Assembly: GCA_964188305.1 (NCBI GenBank)
Contig: OZ076887.1
DNA from: Podarcis bocagei
Lineage: Eukaryota
Direction: 5' to 3' (one strand)
Length of the DNA: 64,000 nt
Position 1 is the first letter of the stretch. Every line of letters begins with the position of its first letter. A program made the translations under genes and the position numbers. Below are positions 39,162-51,594 of the stretch, piece after piece. The notes below the pieces were generated by a model that did not search any database, had not been told where the DNA came from, and saw only the letters and a program-made list of their open reading frames with translations.

Positions 39162-40196
39162 CTGCCAAAAAAATAAGGCAACAAGAAACATTGAAATCCA
39201 TTCTTTTAAAACGTTAGGTAATGTTGTAATGCTAAAATGCACAGTTGCAAATACTTACAAACTTCAACTACAGCATGTCAGCAGCACAGACTGAGGGATT
39301 CCCACCACCACTGTCACCATCAGAAAGGGACCGTTAGTTAGAGTAAAGAGAAAGCTGCATGAAGGAATCCACCAGCTGAAGTCCTCAAGAAGAATCCCTT
39401 TGCTTTCAGGATAAGAGTTGTTTCATAGGTTGAAGGTGATGCCCAGAAGCTCACTTGCATGAGTCCTTGCTTAAAAGCTACAGAGCAACTTCTCAGCAAA
39501 ACACACCATGCAAGAAAAAAGCACTTCCTCATTTGATGGTTAGTTGAATAAGAAGAGGAGAGCGTTTTAGTGTAAAACATGATACAATTAGCAAGAAACC
39601 ACATTTAATTAGCCATGTCCTTCAACAATAGTTATTCAGGCTCTGAACACAATGCTCTTTCTTTTAACAAAAGACTAGCACAACGTTACAGTATCATTAA
39701 CTCACCAAGACATACTAATGCAAAGGCAGCTTTATTTCCTTCTGGGTTGAATTTAATTCTTTCTAAATATTGCTGTTAAATGAGATTTTATTTTCCAGTA
39801 GATGTCCCATTACACCAATAAATGCGACATCTACTGGTATATAACACAAACCACAAGATACTTGGAAACACCAATGCTAAAGATCATCAAAATGTAATAA
39901 TTTAATTATCTCCCCGCCCACTAATCCTGATCAGCAAAACAAGTTGTCAGCTGGGAGGTTTCTGTAGCTGATGTTGCTACATAAATGAATAAAAGGAATG
40001 ATTATGCAAATCAACAGCTTAGCAGTTTGTTTAAATATTGCAACTCCATTGAATCAGTTTTAAATCAATTTTCGCACCACACAGAGACATATTTAAGTTT
40101 CAAGTGATGATTAGGAATGATTTTGAAGTTGTATTTATTTCTATAATACTATTATACTCGTTATGATTGCCTCTGATTTTCAATACAACTATGTAC

Positions 40197-41457
40197 CTCT
40201 TTCTTTTTTATTTCTTCCTTTTGGCCTATGCTTTCTCTGCACATTCTCGATTCAAAAACTGGCTGTTCGTTTCCTGTGTTTCCATATTTTGTTCTCCTGA
40301 CATCCTCTCTTAGTTTATGATTTTTGTCTTCTTCGAGTAGCTTTGAATGGTCATGTACATCTTTATGCAGCACTGACTCAGATAGAAAAAAACCCTTCCT
40401 TTTTAAAAAAAACATATCCACTTCCATCTCTACATTTTCTTTGTGAACACCAGTGAATAGAGCGGTCAAAGCACAGACAACATTCTGTGTCAAACTCTCA
40501 GCATTTGAAGATTGCAAGAAAGGGTATCTTCAAATTTTTCCTTTCTTGGTTCATGTCCAAATTACCCTTCCTCAAAATTATTTTGCTTTGGGAACTGGCC
40601 AGCACTACATCACTATTTATTTGAATAACATAACAATACTGAATTCATATTTTGATTGATGTTGCTTTGCATCATACCACAATTTAGTTCATACACTTTT
40701 AGACTATGCTGTATAACTGTGTTTTTTACTGTGTAAACCTTTGAAACAGTACCGAAACAAGTTGTGCTTCCTTGGCCTTCAACATTTATTTTCTTTGGAA
40801 TTTGTACAGTCTTTCTTGTGGGGTAGCTGTTCTAAAATTGCTGCTATCTAGAGACATATTATGTAATGTATTAATAGTATTCACCTGTCAGAAGGACACA
40901 TGTCTTAATTGTTGCTGCATTGTCTTACTGATTCCTTCCTTGGTTTTAAATTGCTTAGGGCAGTTTTGCAACAATGGCTAACAATTCACCTGCTTGAATA
41001 TTCTCTTCCACCTTTATCAGTACACTGTGAGAATATTTTTCAAAGTCTTTATTCAGGTTCTCAGGGTGCAACCTTTCTGAAAGGCAAGTGGGTTGTTGAA
41101 TTGGGCTGATTCCCATGGGATAATGCCCTGCCTTCAGACTTCTATTCTTTATTCTCATCGCAGGCTCAGAATTAGTTTTCCCATGTCCTCTTGCTCTCTC
41201 CTTCAGTGAAATAGACCATTTAAATTTCTCCTCCGTTTCATCAGCAACATGCACTGCCTCCACTGGCAGCTTTGTCTGCCTGCCATTTTTATTTGCAGAC
41301 TGAATAGAAAACTCTTTTCTGAATTGGCCTTGTTCAATACTATACATCACAGGAACTATTGAGATATCTTTGCTTGCATGCAGATGCCTCCCTTTGCCAT
41401 ACTTCCCAACCCTGTCCATCCTGTCATCACTACTTAGACTACTATCAAATCCAGCTG
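40197..41457 (-). pseudogene. Probable decayed (pseudo)exon upstream of the BPAG1e rod exon
   Basis: Two ORF remnants (154 aa and 118 aa) with Lys/Glu-rich, exon-like composition; TAGCAG acceptor at 41460-41455; phase-0 donor GAG|GTACAT at 40197; interior broken by stops and frameshifts. Confidence 0.35.
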
Positions 41458-41781
41458 CTAAGTTGAAAGCACGGCAGTGTGAGAGAGCTTATAAGCCAAT
41501 AAATATAAAGGTATTTTACAAGTTTCTCAGTACCTTGGGGAAATTCTCATATAGAACCAATCCTGCAATAGAATTTTAGCAAACTAAAGTTGTAAAAATA
41601 GTAAGGACAATGAGAGCGGATAATTTCAGGTCAGTCTTGGTGTTCACTGGATACGTGATGTCAACCTTCATTTTATATCTAGAGAGTACATAAGGAGTTC
41701 ACATCATCTATCCTTATACTTTAAAAAGTATAGCTGTCTTAGTGGTTTTACCATCCCTTTGAAAGTTATCTGCTGACTTAC

Positions 41782-41880
41782 CTCTTCCTCCTCCAGCCTT
41801 TTGAGAGAGTCACCAGCAAACTTTATATACTGAGTCATCAAGGTCACCAAAGCTGTGTAGCGTGTTCGTAAGTCCATAAA
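41782..41880 (-). CDS. DST: DST last common plakin exon (FMDLRTRY...KRLEEEE); point where e and a/b isoforms diverge
   Basis: ttgcag acceptor, GAG|GTAAGT donor, 99 bp. Confidence 0.96.
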
Positions 41881-43262
41881 CTGCAATGAAACAGAGGAAC
41901 AGTACTGATTCATGCTGAAATGGAGTGTCTTAAATTTATTTACTTTTATATAGAACAAATAAAGTTACAAGATGATTTCTGAAATAAAAATGCACTGCGC
42001 CTTCCTAAATCATAATATACAAAACATATTAGAAAGATTACCCTGAGTCCAACAGATTCTTAGAAGAATCAGTGTAACAAACAGAATGTTGAGAGGAGTT
42101 GACTTCTGTCCGCTTTGGGGGTAGCAGGTGTGGAGGTGCTCTTAAGAATGAAAGATGAAGGACCAAATTCATCATGGGATTAACCTCCTAACCCCTCACA
42201 CCTTAAATCATTTATTTTATGAATTATTGAATGCAATGAATCCCAACACATTTTTCTGTATGAAGCAGGGACATCATTCAGTAGAAAAGGATGCTTCAGG
42301 GTCTTGAAAAGTCATGAGGGTTACAGCCATATAAAGGAACATAACCCTTCATATATCATTCTGTAACTCTTTGTGTTCTGGCTATCATTCACAGAGTCTG
42401 TGATTATATTCAGTCTCGATTGCACTTAATCTCTAGCTTGCTGATGGGTGAGCTTGCAAACTCTAGAACAAAGAAATGTCTATTTGCAGCCTCATTTCAT
42501 TAACAGCCAGGGATAGGTTCCAAACACTGGTCAGTTTGTTGTACTTTTACCCTATGGTCACCAGTATCCATTTTAATCTAAGTTCTTTAGATCTTTTAAA
42601 TCTAAAGAACTCCCTACCTACACTGAACTTCTAAATTGCCGTGATTTTGGGTTTTCCATTTACAAATCCTCATTAACTCTTTTGGACACATTAATCTACC
42701 TTATACTGAATCAGACCAACTGTTCCGGCCAGTTCAGTACTATCTATGCTGATGAGTAAAAGCTCTCCAAGGTACCATCCACCAGATGTTCCTTGTCATG
42801 CAACCTGTGATTCCTCTTGCTAGAGATACCAGTAGTTGAACCTGGAACCTTCTTCATGCAAATCATGTACTCTACCTCTGAGCAACCACCTCTCTCCAGA
42901 ATCACGGGCACTGGCCACAGTCCATTCCACAACTGCACATTTGCACATTCCACTGAAGTTGATGATATGGAAACTAGTGAAACTGTACCCTGGAATAATG
43001 TGGTAAACTAATCTATGTAACACTGGCAACTTCAGGTGACTAATGTTTGCCACATTGGGCTCTCTGGCTGGATATATTGTCCAAGTAGCTGTAGCCAGAC
43101 TAGCCGCACCCAAAATGAAGCAGCAGGGTGTAACATCATCAATTACTAGCTTTGTATATTTATACTGAAAGTATTTCATGAACGTGGCTCAAAAGCTTTC
43201 ACAATGCAAAAGTGGAATGTGGGCCATTATAAAGCATTATATATTAAGGCACGTCCAACTAC

Positions 43263-43370
43263 CTCTTGGATAATGAAATCAGAGGAGCTCTGCATTCTTC
43301 GGCGTTTCACTGGAGATTTTTGCTGGGAGTCAACCATGGCTCTGTATGTCATCGTTTGCAACTCGTAGTC
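43263..43370 (-). CDS. DST: DST plakin exon (DYELQTMTY...[19 protein letters not shown])
   Basis: ctgcag acceptor, GAG|GTAGTT donor, 108 bp. Confidence 0.95.
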
Positions 43371-44098
43371 CTGCAGAAAATAAATGGAAATAGGTAAACC
43401 TGTAAGCTACTTGTTCCATACTAGGAGTCTTTCAAGTGCCGCATAAATTCATCTGAGTACTAAAGACTATGGGTGATATCCAATGGCGACTGGTCTGCTG
43501 ACAGAAGGGAATCTGTCAGGAGAACTGGGAAGGAGGCAATTTTAGGCAATCCCCCTATAGCATACGATCTGGACAGTTCCAGATCCCCCTCTAGATCTGG
43601 ACAGTTGGAAGGTGGGGAACACCTTCCAGAACAGATTTTGAGGGGGAGGGGATGCAAGGTATTGGGAGGGAAAGATTACCTCCTGTCAGCTGAGTCACCA
43701 GAAGATATCCTGGATATCCTGTGACACTAGGGCAGTGAAGCTGGAGTGTAAAAGAAGACAATGCAGCTGCTATGGAACTCATATTAGAACTGGACTGGGA
43801 AACAGCAACTTCCCTCAGCTCAACTGGCAGGTTTCATTGATGGTTTTCCATACAAAACCTGTCACTCTGGAAACAGAGGTAGAGATAGGAAGAATGCCTG
43901 CACACAGCTGAACAGGACTACAGGAGATTTCTCTTGGCTTTTCTCTGTTGCTTTGGTGACAGGTAAAGCTGCCACTCAAGTGGGTAGGTTGGATTGTCTG
44001 ATTACAGACTACACCCTGCAGCACAGGAGAGGATGGATGGTGGGGTGGCACTGTTCACCTGACCACTGGTCCGTGGTGCTGTTGCAGTTTAAGATAAA

Positions 44099-44466
44099 AA
44101 AGGTAAAGGATCCGATGACGGTTAAGTCCAATCAAAGGCGACTATGGGATGCAGTGCTCATCTCACTTTCAGGCTGAGGGAGCCGGTGTTCATCCACAGA
44201 CAGCTTTCTGGGTCATGTGGGCAGCAGGACTAAACTGCTTCTGGCGCAATGGAACACTGCGACGGAAACCAGAGCGCACAGAAACGCTGTTTACCTTCCC
44301 ACCACAGATATACCTATTTATCTACTTGCACTGGCATGCTTTTGAACTGCTAGGTTGGCAGGAGCTGGAACAGAGCAATGGGAGCTCACCCTGTCACGGG
44401 GATTCAAACCACTGACCTTCTGATCGGCAAGCCCAAGAGGCTCAGTGGTTTAGACCACAGCGCTAC
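44099..44466 (-). mobile_element. Sauria SINE
   Basis: ACCTTT tail on minus strand, acctatttatctacttgcac core, tRNA-related head. Confidence 0.88.
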
Positions 44467-44753
44467 TACAAGATATAGGGGCAAGGTGAAGTGAGGTGGC
44501 AGCAAGGTCAGCATTTTGCAAACGCACTGGAAGGAGCACTGGATTCCCTATGCTAGAGGTCAGCTGAGAGCCGCCACCCTGGCCCACTACTGCTGCCAGC
44601 GCCCACTGACACAATGCAGCCTAACAATGTGGATTGGAGCAGCAGCTGTGGCAGGAACAGCAACATGTGAAGAACATGATGCTGAACAATGCTCACATTT
44701 CCACAAAGAAATTAAAAAATAATAATAACTGTGCACAGAAGTTATGGTTTTAC

Positions 44754-44837
44754 CTTTACTGCAGCTGAATACTGCTCTGAGTGCTTCTGGCATTCATCTA
44801 GCTTGTTTTGTTTCGTCTCTATTTCCGATACTAGCAC
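44754..44837 (-). CDS. DST: DST plakin exon ([10 protein letters not shown]...YSAAVK)
   Basis: ttacag acceptor, AAG|GTAAAA donor, 84 bp. Confidence 0.95.
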
Positions 44838-45308
44838 CTGTAAAATAAACAAGAGAATTTTAGTATGTAACAGTATCAACCTATGCAACTATCCCCATCC
44901 TAAAGGCTGGTGTTCTACTTGTTTTTGAAACATACTAGACTGAAAACTTGAAAGTTGTGTTTATGTATAAAAACTTAGCATGAAAGTCTGTTTCCCTGTG
45001 GTCCTCTTTATAAATTACCTTTGGCTCTACAAGAAAAATGGAAGGGGGGGAACGTTGCCCCTCAACCAACATAGGCAGAAACACACCAGATTATTAATAA
45101 TGTAAGATACAGAGGTATATCCAGTACACTGCTTTAAAGGGAAAATTTCTTATTAGCTGAACTGAAACTGGCTGTCTTTAGCTTAGTTATTAATTCTTTA
45201 CATCTAAGCCCTAGAACAAAACCTGCATGTTATAAGTGGATATGTGTTATCAGCTCACTACAGAAAGGTGGCGTATAAACAAATTAAATCAATCAATCAA
45301 GCTTTTAC

Positions 45309-45471
45309 CTTTTGCTGGTTTAGCTGTTTGGCCAGAGCTTTACTGTTTTGAGGTGGGTTTTCCTGGAACCTCTGCTGAGTTTCTTCGACTTGCTTGATCC
45401 AGTTATCCAGTGCACCATATGTATCCCTGTAGTACTTTAGGGATTTATTGATAGCTTCTAAGTCACGCAAC
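45309..45471 (-). CDS. DST: DST plakin exon ([14 protein letters not shown]...LNQQK)
   Basis: accag acceptor, AAG|GTAAAA donor, 163 bp. Confidence 0.95.
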
Positions 45472-47029
45472 CTGGTTGAGTGAAAAGCAAGCTGTTTCAG
45501 TGAGGAAGAACAAACTAGTAGCAATGACAATAAAGAACTAACCATCATCACCACCAGCAACCTTACAATAACCTTGTAAGGGCAAGTCAGTATTATTATT
45601 CCCCCCCATAACAAAGATCTTTGGGGTGGGTGCTAAGTCTGAAACAGAACAGAGATTGCCTAAGGCTACACAGTAAGTTCAGGGCAAAGGTGAAATTAGA
45701 AATTTCTGGTTTGTAGCTCAGCGCTAGGCTACACCACTTCATAAACAGCTGGCTGTCAGAAGCCATCATTCGGCTAGATGTCCTTTTCTCATTGTTTCTC
45801 CTGCAAACCTTCAGAATGAAAGGCTTTGCCAATTTCATAAAAAAGGAACTCTCTGAGTTCTTTTTAATTTCCATGCCTTTTTTGAGGAGCTCACAGTTAT
45901 CAAGAAATGTATTAGTTCTGAGGAATACATGCCAAAGAACACACATTCCTGGGTTCATAAAGCTCCAGGCAACCTTCTATCTCTCTATCAAACACCCCTT
46001 CATCTTTATAGGAAGCCAGATGTCTCTCCCTGTGTTCCTTATTTCAAAGGGCTTTGTCTCTCTCTGTCTCTATCTACAAGTTCCTCATTTCAAATGCCAG
46101 GCATTGAAAAATAAGTGAATCCCCTGCCACAATAACCTCCAGATTCAGACAAGGATGCTTACATGTACCAGTGTATTTTAGACATAAAAAGCTACTCCGG
46201 GTGACCACTAGAGGGAAGTTACCATATGTAGAATTCAGCAGAAGCTTAAAAAACAAAAGGAAAAACGGAGCAGTCACATTCCATGTCCTGAAACAGTATT
46301 CCTCAGTTGCAAAACTTCAGGATTAGAATGTGGAGAAAAGACTCACTTTAGAATAAATTCCCAATTCTTCATATGCTGACTAAATCCATGGTCGTTAGGG
46401 AAAAACAGGTACCTAGTCTATTACAAAAGTCTTTATAGAAAAGGGCCTTGCAATCCACAGGAATAATAATAATAATAATAATAATGAACTTTTTTCCTGC
46501 AGTTTTCAAGTTTGAGGCAGAAAGAGAAGAAGAAAAGTGAAACATTATGTGGTAATTACGATAACTGCAATCCTAAAAACTGACCCGTGGTGTTGAAGGG
46601 TGTTAAGATTGAAGGGATTCCCCTATCTACTGTTGTCTACCACTTGGGACACCCCCGCAGAAAGCTGAACTGTGGAAAGTGAGGCAGTGGAAATACTGTT
46701 GCCATCAGTGCTCCCAACAGCAGTACCCAGTTAAGAGACTGAAACAGAGCAATTTGAGAGCTGGGGCCATGGACCTGCTCAGTCCTACCTCAATCCATTT
46801 CCCCAGCCTGGGCCAGCCTGATACTGGTGCAGCAGGAAGAATAAAAAAACACACACGCTCCTTCACCAACCTTCTGGCTTGGCCTGGCCTGGCTGAGGCT
46901 GTGAGGTAATAGAACCCACACCTCCATACCTGAGTAGCAGTTAGTAAATAATGTGGGCAATAGTTAAAATGGCTAAGTTTTATACAGCTGAAGAAAAATT
47001 ATACTGATAACTAGCCAGGGTTTTATTTT

Positions 47030-47034
<5 letters not shown>

Positions 47035-47090
<56 letters not shown>
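47035..47090. repeat. (TA)n microsatellite (partner tract at 47358-47403)
   Basis: Seen directly. Confidence 0.95.
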
Positions 47091-47093
<3 letters not shown>

Positions 47094-47355
47094 TTTCGTA
47101 GATTTTCACGGGTACAGGAATGTAGGTTTTGGTGTCTTCGGGTGTCTTCCCGTGTAAGAGTTGGGGTGTCTAGGCGACGTTTCGACGAGGTCTCACTCGT
47201 CATCTTCAGGCTGGTGCTTTCGGCTTCTTGTTACTGGAACAGAGCCAGTAACAAGAAGCCGAAAGCACCAGCCTGAAGATGACGAGTGAGACCTCGTCGA
47301 AACGTCGCCTAGACACCCCAACTCTTACACGGGAAGACACCCGAAGACACCAAAA

Positions 47356-47359
<4 letters not shown>
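47091..47359. mobile_element. Penelope-like element remnant: inverted pseudo-LTR pair inserted in (TA)n
   Basis: 115-bp perfect inverted repeat with CTGAAGA..GAAACGTC hammerhead motif, flanked by (TA)n on both sides. Confidence 0.8.
47268..47312 (+). ncRNA. Minimal type I hammerhead ribozyme motif (mirror copy on minus strand at ~47170-47214)
   Basis: CUGAAGA-U-[GACGAG ugagac CUCGUC]-GAAA-CG-UC; palindromic ACGU in place of helix III; helix I only ~2 bp. Confidence 0.65.
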
Positions 47360-47406
<47 letters not shown>

Positions 47407-48675
47407 ACAGGAGGGTGAACATTTGTAGGGAACAGTCTGTTTACAGTTACAAGCGGCAGTCAACACAAAATCTGTTACCTCTTGTGCTCAGAGCGCCTGA
47501 GTGTTGATGGTGAACTGCCAGCACAGTCAATTAAGCTGTCCGAGAGAGGCAGCATTTGTTTCATGTTTATCTCACAAGCACGCAGAAGCATTCTCATTTG
47601 CCATAAATAAGGGTACCTTAAACTGTCAGGACAGAAGACTACCCACACAGTGCTGCCTATTGCGAACCCAGTGCTTCTAAGACAGGCATGCTTTCCTGAA
47701 GATAGCAAGGATTGAACCAAAGGAATCACAGACGTGCAGTATGTATCTTGCAGAAGCCACAGTGTGGAAGTTGCTTCCCTGTGGCTTCTTTCCACATCGC
47801 AGCAGTAACGTGTGCGCAGGGTCATTGAGGGGGCCACATGGAGGTGACAGCCCTGGGTTTAGTTGGCCCTGCAGCTTCTTGCCCACCGGGCAAATCTTTC
47901 CATCTCCTTCGCTCTTAGAGAAAAGCAGGGAGGTGGAGGCAAAGAATCCCAGTGCCAATACTAAAGACGCAGCAAAAGAAAGTAAAAATTAAGCGAGAGG
48001 GAAAGAAAGGGGAGGAGAGGCTGTTGCTATAACAGAAGCTGCAAAACAACAAAAAGTAAGCCTTAGGAGGAGGTGCAGAGAAATGTGCTTACTGACGGTT
48101 TGCTTCATATGCAGTGTGTAAGTTTACTGTCAATGCACTGGTAGCAGTTGGATGGATTTGTACAATGGTGGAATTGAGTGTAAAACAGGAATACTTCCAC
48201 ACGATTGGTGAACCAGTAGCTGGTTTCCCACATATTAAGTGGCGACTCTCCACAGGGAGACTGAAATGGAGCCACGGCCACCACTGGGCCAGGCAGGGGG
48301 TAGGTGAAGGCAACAAGGAACCCAAACAGTGAGATTTGTCCGGCTCCACACACTTCCCTACGGATGGCCTTGCTTGTGCATGAAGGAACCATATTCACTG
48401 CTCAGTGTTCCTTCATATATATGTTATGGGAGCTGTCTTGGAAGAAGCCCTCCTGTCAAAATGACCAAACCAGAGAAGTTTTATCTTCTTTATTTCTTTC
48501 TCTCCTCAGTTACGCTGTACATGATGGTTGAGACCTCCTGAAGGAAATTACCTGAAAACACCTAAAATTAACATTTGGACACTCTGCCAAAACTCCAAGA
48601 CCAACATAAGGTAACCCCAAACACACCAAAAGAAAGGTTTCACTCTGAAGTTTCTGAAAAGATAGGAGTACCAAC

Positions 48676-48869
48676 CTGTTCTCAATCTGAGAATGAACAT
48701 TCTGCCATCTCTCAGTCAGCTGATCTGCTTTCTCTTTGTGCCAGTCGAAGTCGAGATCACGTTCCTTGTGTGTTTTAAACATCTGATCACTAATTGCTTT
48801 AGCTTTCTGGAGTTCGTCTTCTAGAGCATGGAATACTTCTCTTTTTACATCAACCTCTGATCTCCATTG
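48676..48869 (-). CDS. DST: DST plakin exon ([11 protein letters not shown]...SQIENR)
   Basis: accag acceptor, AG|GTTGGT donor, 194 bp. Confidence 0.95.
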
Positions 48870-49289
48870 CTGGTACACAAAACATGTGACATCTCAATAC
48901 AGATCATAATGCTGCTGTTTCAAATCAATATGCATCATATTACTAACTAGTAATAGGGTATCCATGTGGGAAACAAACAAAGCACCCAAATTTTCAGTGA
49001 AATGCTATAAAAAATGGTTTTGTATTTGCACCATTACTGCTTCTGTAACTATAATGAAGAGGAATACTTTGCTAATTATAGGCATACCTAAGTTTATCTC
49101 TCATGTGGCTAATCTTCCCTGGTCTTCCTCTTCTCAGCAGCTAAGGAAAATTAGCTGCATAAGAAGGAAGGGAAAAGGTTGCATACTTTCCTGGTATAAT
49201 TTGGCTGTGTTTTTCTTTTCTGAAGAACCATACGGGAAGGAAAGGGACCAGTGACTGCTTCAGGATCCTCCATGTTTTGTTGCCTATAA

Positions 49290-49420
49290 CAGGCATAGAG
49301 AACCTCCAAATGTTGTTGGACTACAACACCCATCATCCCTAACCATTGGCCATGCTGGCTGAGGCTGATGGGAGTTAGAGTCCAGCAACATCTGGAGGAG
49401 GACAGGTTCCCAATCCCTGC
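49290..49420. mobile_element. Short fold-back MITE (hAT-like)
   Basis: cagg...gaacc...ctccaaatgttgttggact / agtccagcaacatctggag...ggttc...cctg inverted arms. Confidence 0.65.
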
Positions 49421-49643
49421 CCTATAGGGATGGGAAGAAAACCTCAGGATTCTAAACGTCTGGTCTTCTTTCCACATGATGGTGTAATATGCAGCTCAGC
49501 TCTTAGCTAAGTGTTACTGGGAAATGACGTAATAATCAGCATTCATTCCTAATGCACAATATTTGACCAGTCAACTGGCCACATCTCAACGCCACTCATG
49601 TTACTTCATTTCCATTCTTCTAAAGGCCAAACAGAAGGCAGGC

Positions 49644-49945
49644 GATTCAAGACAGATAAAATAAAGTACTTCTTCTAAAGTACTACCTTGTTAAACTATG
49701 GAATTTGCTCCCACAGGAAGCAATGAAGGCCACCAACTTGGATACAGGAAGTGTAGACAAATTCATGGAAGAGAGGGCTATTGATGGCTATGCTCTGTCT
49801 CCAAGGTCTGAGACAGTAACGCTTCTGTATACCAGTTTCTGAAAGCCACAGGAGAGAGTGTGCTTTTGTGCTCAGTCCTGTTGCAAGTTTCCCATAGGCA
49901 TATGGCTGGCCAAGGAGAGAAGAGGATGCTGCTGTTCTTACGTTC
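49644..49945 (+). mobile_element. Degenerate CR1-type LINE 3' fragment
   Basis: ttcaagacagataaaataaagtacttcttc...gttaaactatggaatttgctccca...agacaaattcatgga resembles the CR1 ORF2 C-terminus and 3' UTR. Confidence 0.55.
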
Positions 49946-50039
49946 TTATGACAGCATATATCAATCTCCTTTACTTCTTTATATTACTTAAAAGCACACC
50001 TATTTCTCATTATTATTTTTCTGTACATCATAAGAATAC

Positions 50040-50178
50040 CTTCAACGTAGCCATAAGGTTCTCAATATTGCTCTTGTCGGCAGTTAATGGTTCTTCCTCA
50101 CATAGTTTAGTCTCGTAGAGTTTTACCAGTGCTTCAGCTCCTTGAGTGTTTTTCAGCACCAAATTTATAGTTTTTAAC
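50040..50178 (-). CDS. DST: DST plakin exon ([10 protein letters not shown]...LMATLK)
   Basis: tttcag acceptor, AAG|GTATTC donor, 139 bp. Confidence 0.94.
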
Positions 50179-50524
50179 CTGAAACAAAAGGGATCACTTG
50201 TCATTCATAATTTCCAAATAGCTCTAAAGTTTTAAAACTTGTTTTAGTATATGATGACTATACGACTAAGATCATTCTTCTATTTGTTTGTTTGTTTAAA
50301 TTTATTTCTGGCCTTTCAACTTTATAAACACTTTCAAGGTGGCCATATGAAATTCTGTATCTATTATTCAATTCAACAAAATATATTTAAAACTGTGAAT
50401 ATACTCAGCTTCCCCTCCAAACACACGCTACATCATCCTATCAAACCTGTCACATGTGATGATGATGATGATGATGATGATGAAAAAGTGTAATAAAATG
50501 TGAATGACTTGATGGCTTACTTAC

Positions 50525-50703
50525 TTTTCTATGTAAATGGAAGACATGGAGTAAACCTGATTCATATTTTGAATTACTAGGTTAAGCTCCGACCGCAGAG
50601 TAGGAACTGAGGGCGAACCAGCGGCTTGACTGAAAAAATCATCGCATTTGTCTGTGATTGTTTCCAAGTCCTCCTTGAGTCGATCCAGATCCTTCTTCAG
50701 TTT
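50525..50703 (-). CDS. DST: DST plakin exon ([10 protein letters not shown]...SSIYIEK)
   Basis: tgtag acceptor, AA|GTAAGT donor, 179 bp. Confidence 0.95.
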
Positions 50704-51594
50704 CTACAGAACCAAAGATGAAATGTTTTTCCCCCTATAGCAAGGAGCAGTTCTCAAACAATCATAATAAGCATCCTTAGGTCAAGAGACACTAACACTA
50801 TAGAAGATAATATGAGCAAAGGGTTATAGGACCCTTTGGAGCAGCATGAGAGGCCCTGCCTTTGTACCCCTGTGGGAAACCTCCACTGAATCTCAGCTCC
50901 TTCTGAAATTGAAATGAGCCCTTCCATTTTTCTAAATTACTTCTTATTGGGGTTTTTGTGTTACAAAGCAAACAGATAAACAGTGAACGGTACATCTATT
51001 GTCTCCACTTTTAATTCTGTGTGTTTTTCACAGTTCGTTTACATTTGGTGAGAGACATTTTTGTCATAGACATCTTGCAGTTGGGGTAAAGGGGAGGTGG
51101 GGAGAGAGATGGGGATATCATTCTTTCATTCTATTGCCTATTCTTAGTGTAAAGGGGGGTTGTGTCCTTCCATTGTTTGTTTGCCCTTCCATTTGATGAG
51201 GACTAGCTAGGGTTCAAGCCAGTAGAAGCAAAATTAGGTAATCCAAGCTAGAACTCCAAAGTCGTAACCACTGCCACACAAAACCAAAAGACTTCTTTGA
51301 TCAGATCCTTGCTCACTTTTATCTTCAAAGAACCAGTAAAGCTCACCTGCTTGGTCTGGGAATTCCAAAATGAAGGCATTTGTAAACAAACTGCCCTAAA
51401 CCAACTGGTGGCTCAAATGTTTACTTCACTTTAATTAGCTCTACAAGTGCACATTACTCGTTTTAATTTGTAGATGCAACCATGCAGATAATTGTAGCGG
51501 TCCCTTTCTGAATAAGCTTTTTATGAGCTCATGTAACACGACTGTTACATTTCATGAGCTTTGGAGAGCCCACAGAGAAGCTCAGAAGACTCAC

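Noticed and set aside
20508-39294. Many plus-strand ORFs of 60-125 aa antisense to the large exons
   Set aside because: Shadow ORFs arising from the codon bias of the minus-strand exons; Phe/Ser/Leu-rich with no independent gene signals.
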